Program-made: the position numbers and the translations under genes
In this document: one piece after another, positions 63,755 to 64,000 of the stretch
Numbering within the stretch: position 1 is the stretch's first letter
Layout: each line of letters begins with the position of its first letter
The notes under the pieces: generated by a model
Seen by the model: the letters and a program-made list of their open reading frames with translations, nothing else
What the model was told of the DNA's origin: nothing
Databases searched by the model: none
Assembly: GCF_018977255.1 (NCBI RefSeq)
Contig: NW_024704742.1
Coordinates: 31,126,001-31,190,000 of the forward strand
DNA from: Callorhinchus milii
Lineage: Eukaryota
DNA length: 64,000 nt
Reading direction: 5' to 3'

Positions 63755-64000
63755 GGATGAAGATCATCCAGAACTCTGCAGCCTGTGTCCTCTCCCGCAT
63801 GAGGCTCCGCAACCCTATCACCCTCATCCTTGTGAAACTCCACTGGCTTCCCATCACACAAAGGCTACAGTGCAAGATCCTAGTTCTCACCTTCAAAGCC
63901 CTCCATGGTCTTGCTCCCCCGTACCTCTGCGACCTCCTAATCCCCTACCATCCTGCTCACTCCCTCCACTCAATGGCCTCTGGCCTCCTCACCTCAGGCG
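63755..64000 (+). mobile_element. L2-type LINE 3' fragment running off the window
   Basis: KIIQNSAACVLSRMRLRNPITLILVKLHWLPITQRLQCKILVLTFKALHGLAPPYL. Confidence 0.8.

Overview
Vertebrate genomic DNA, most likely a cartilaginous fish such as a chimaera (inferred from the L2/CR1 LINEs and tRNA-derived Deu-type SINEs). It carries the conserved block HELQ(-) / MRPS18C(+) / ABRAXAS1(-) / GPAT3(+), the same order as human 4q21. From splice sites and reading frame I rebuilt HELQ exons 1-3, all six MRPS18C exons (128 aa), ABRAXAS1 exons 2-9 (ending in the SPTF BRCT-binding motif) and GPAT3 exons 2-7. The first exons of ABRAXAS1 and GPAT3 were not found and probably lie in the 25-N gap at 39879-39903. 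HELQ and MRPS18C share a ~570-bp CpG-island bidirectional promoter with a minisatellite on each side. The most unusual feature is the right-hand minisatellite: its unit is the MRPS18C exon-1 end plus 5' splice site (CACCAGCCAG|GTAAC + poly-C), repeated ~56 times. An intact-looking tRNA-Ala(TGC) gene lies antisense in GPAT3 intron 6. Introns hold many SINE and LINE copies, including nested insertions with target-site duplications and inverted SINE pairs flanking exons. All homology statements come from recalled family knowledge, not from searches.
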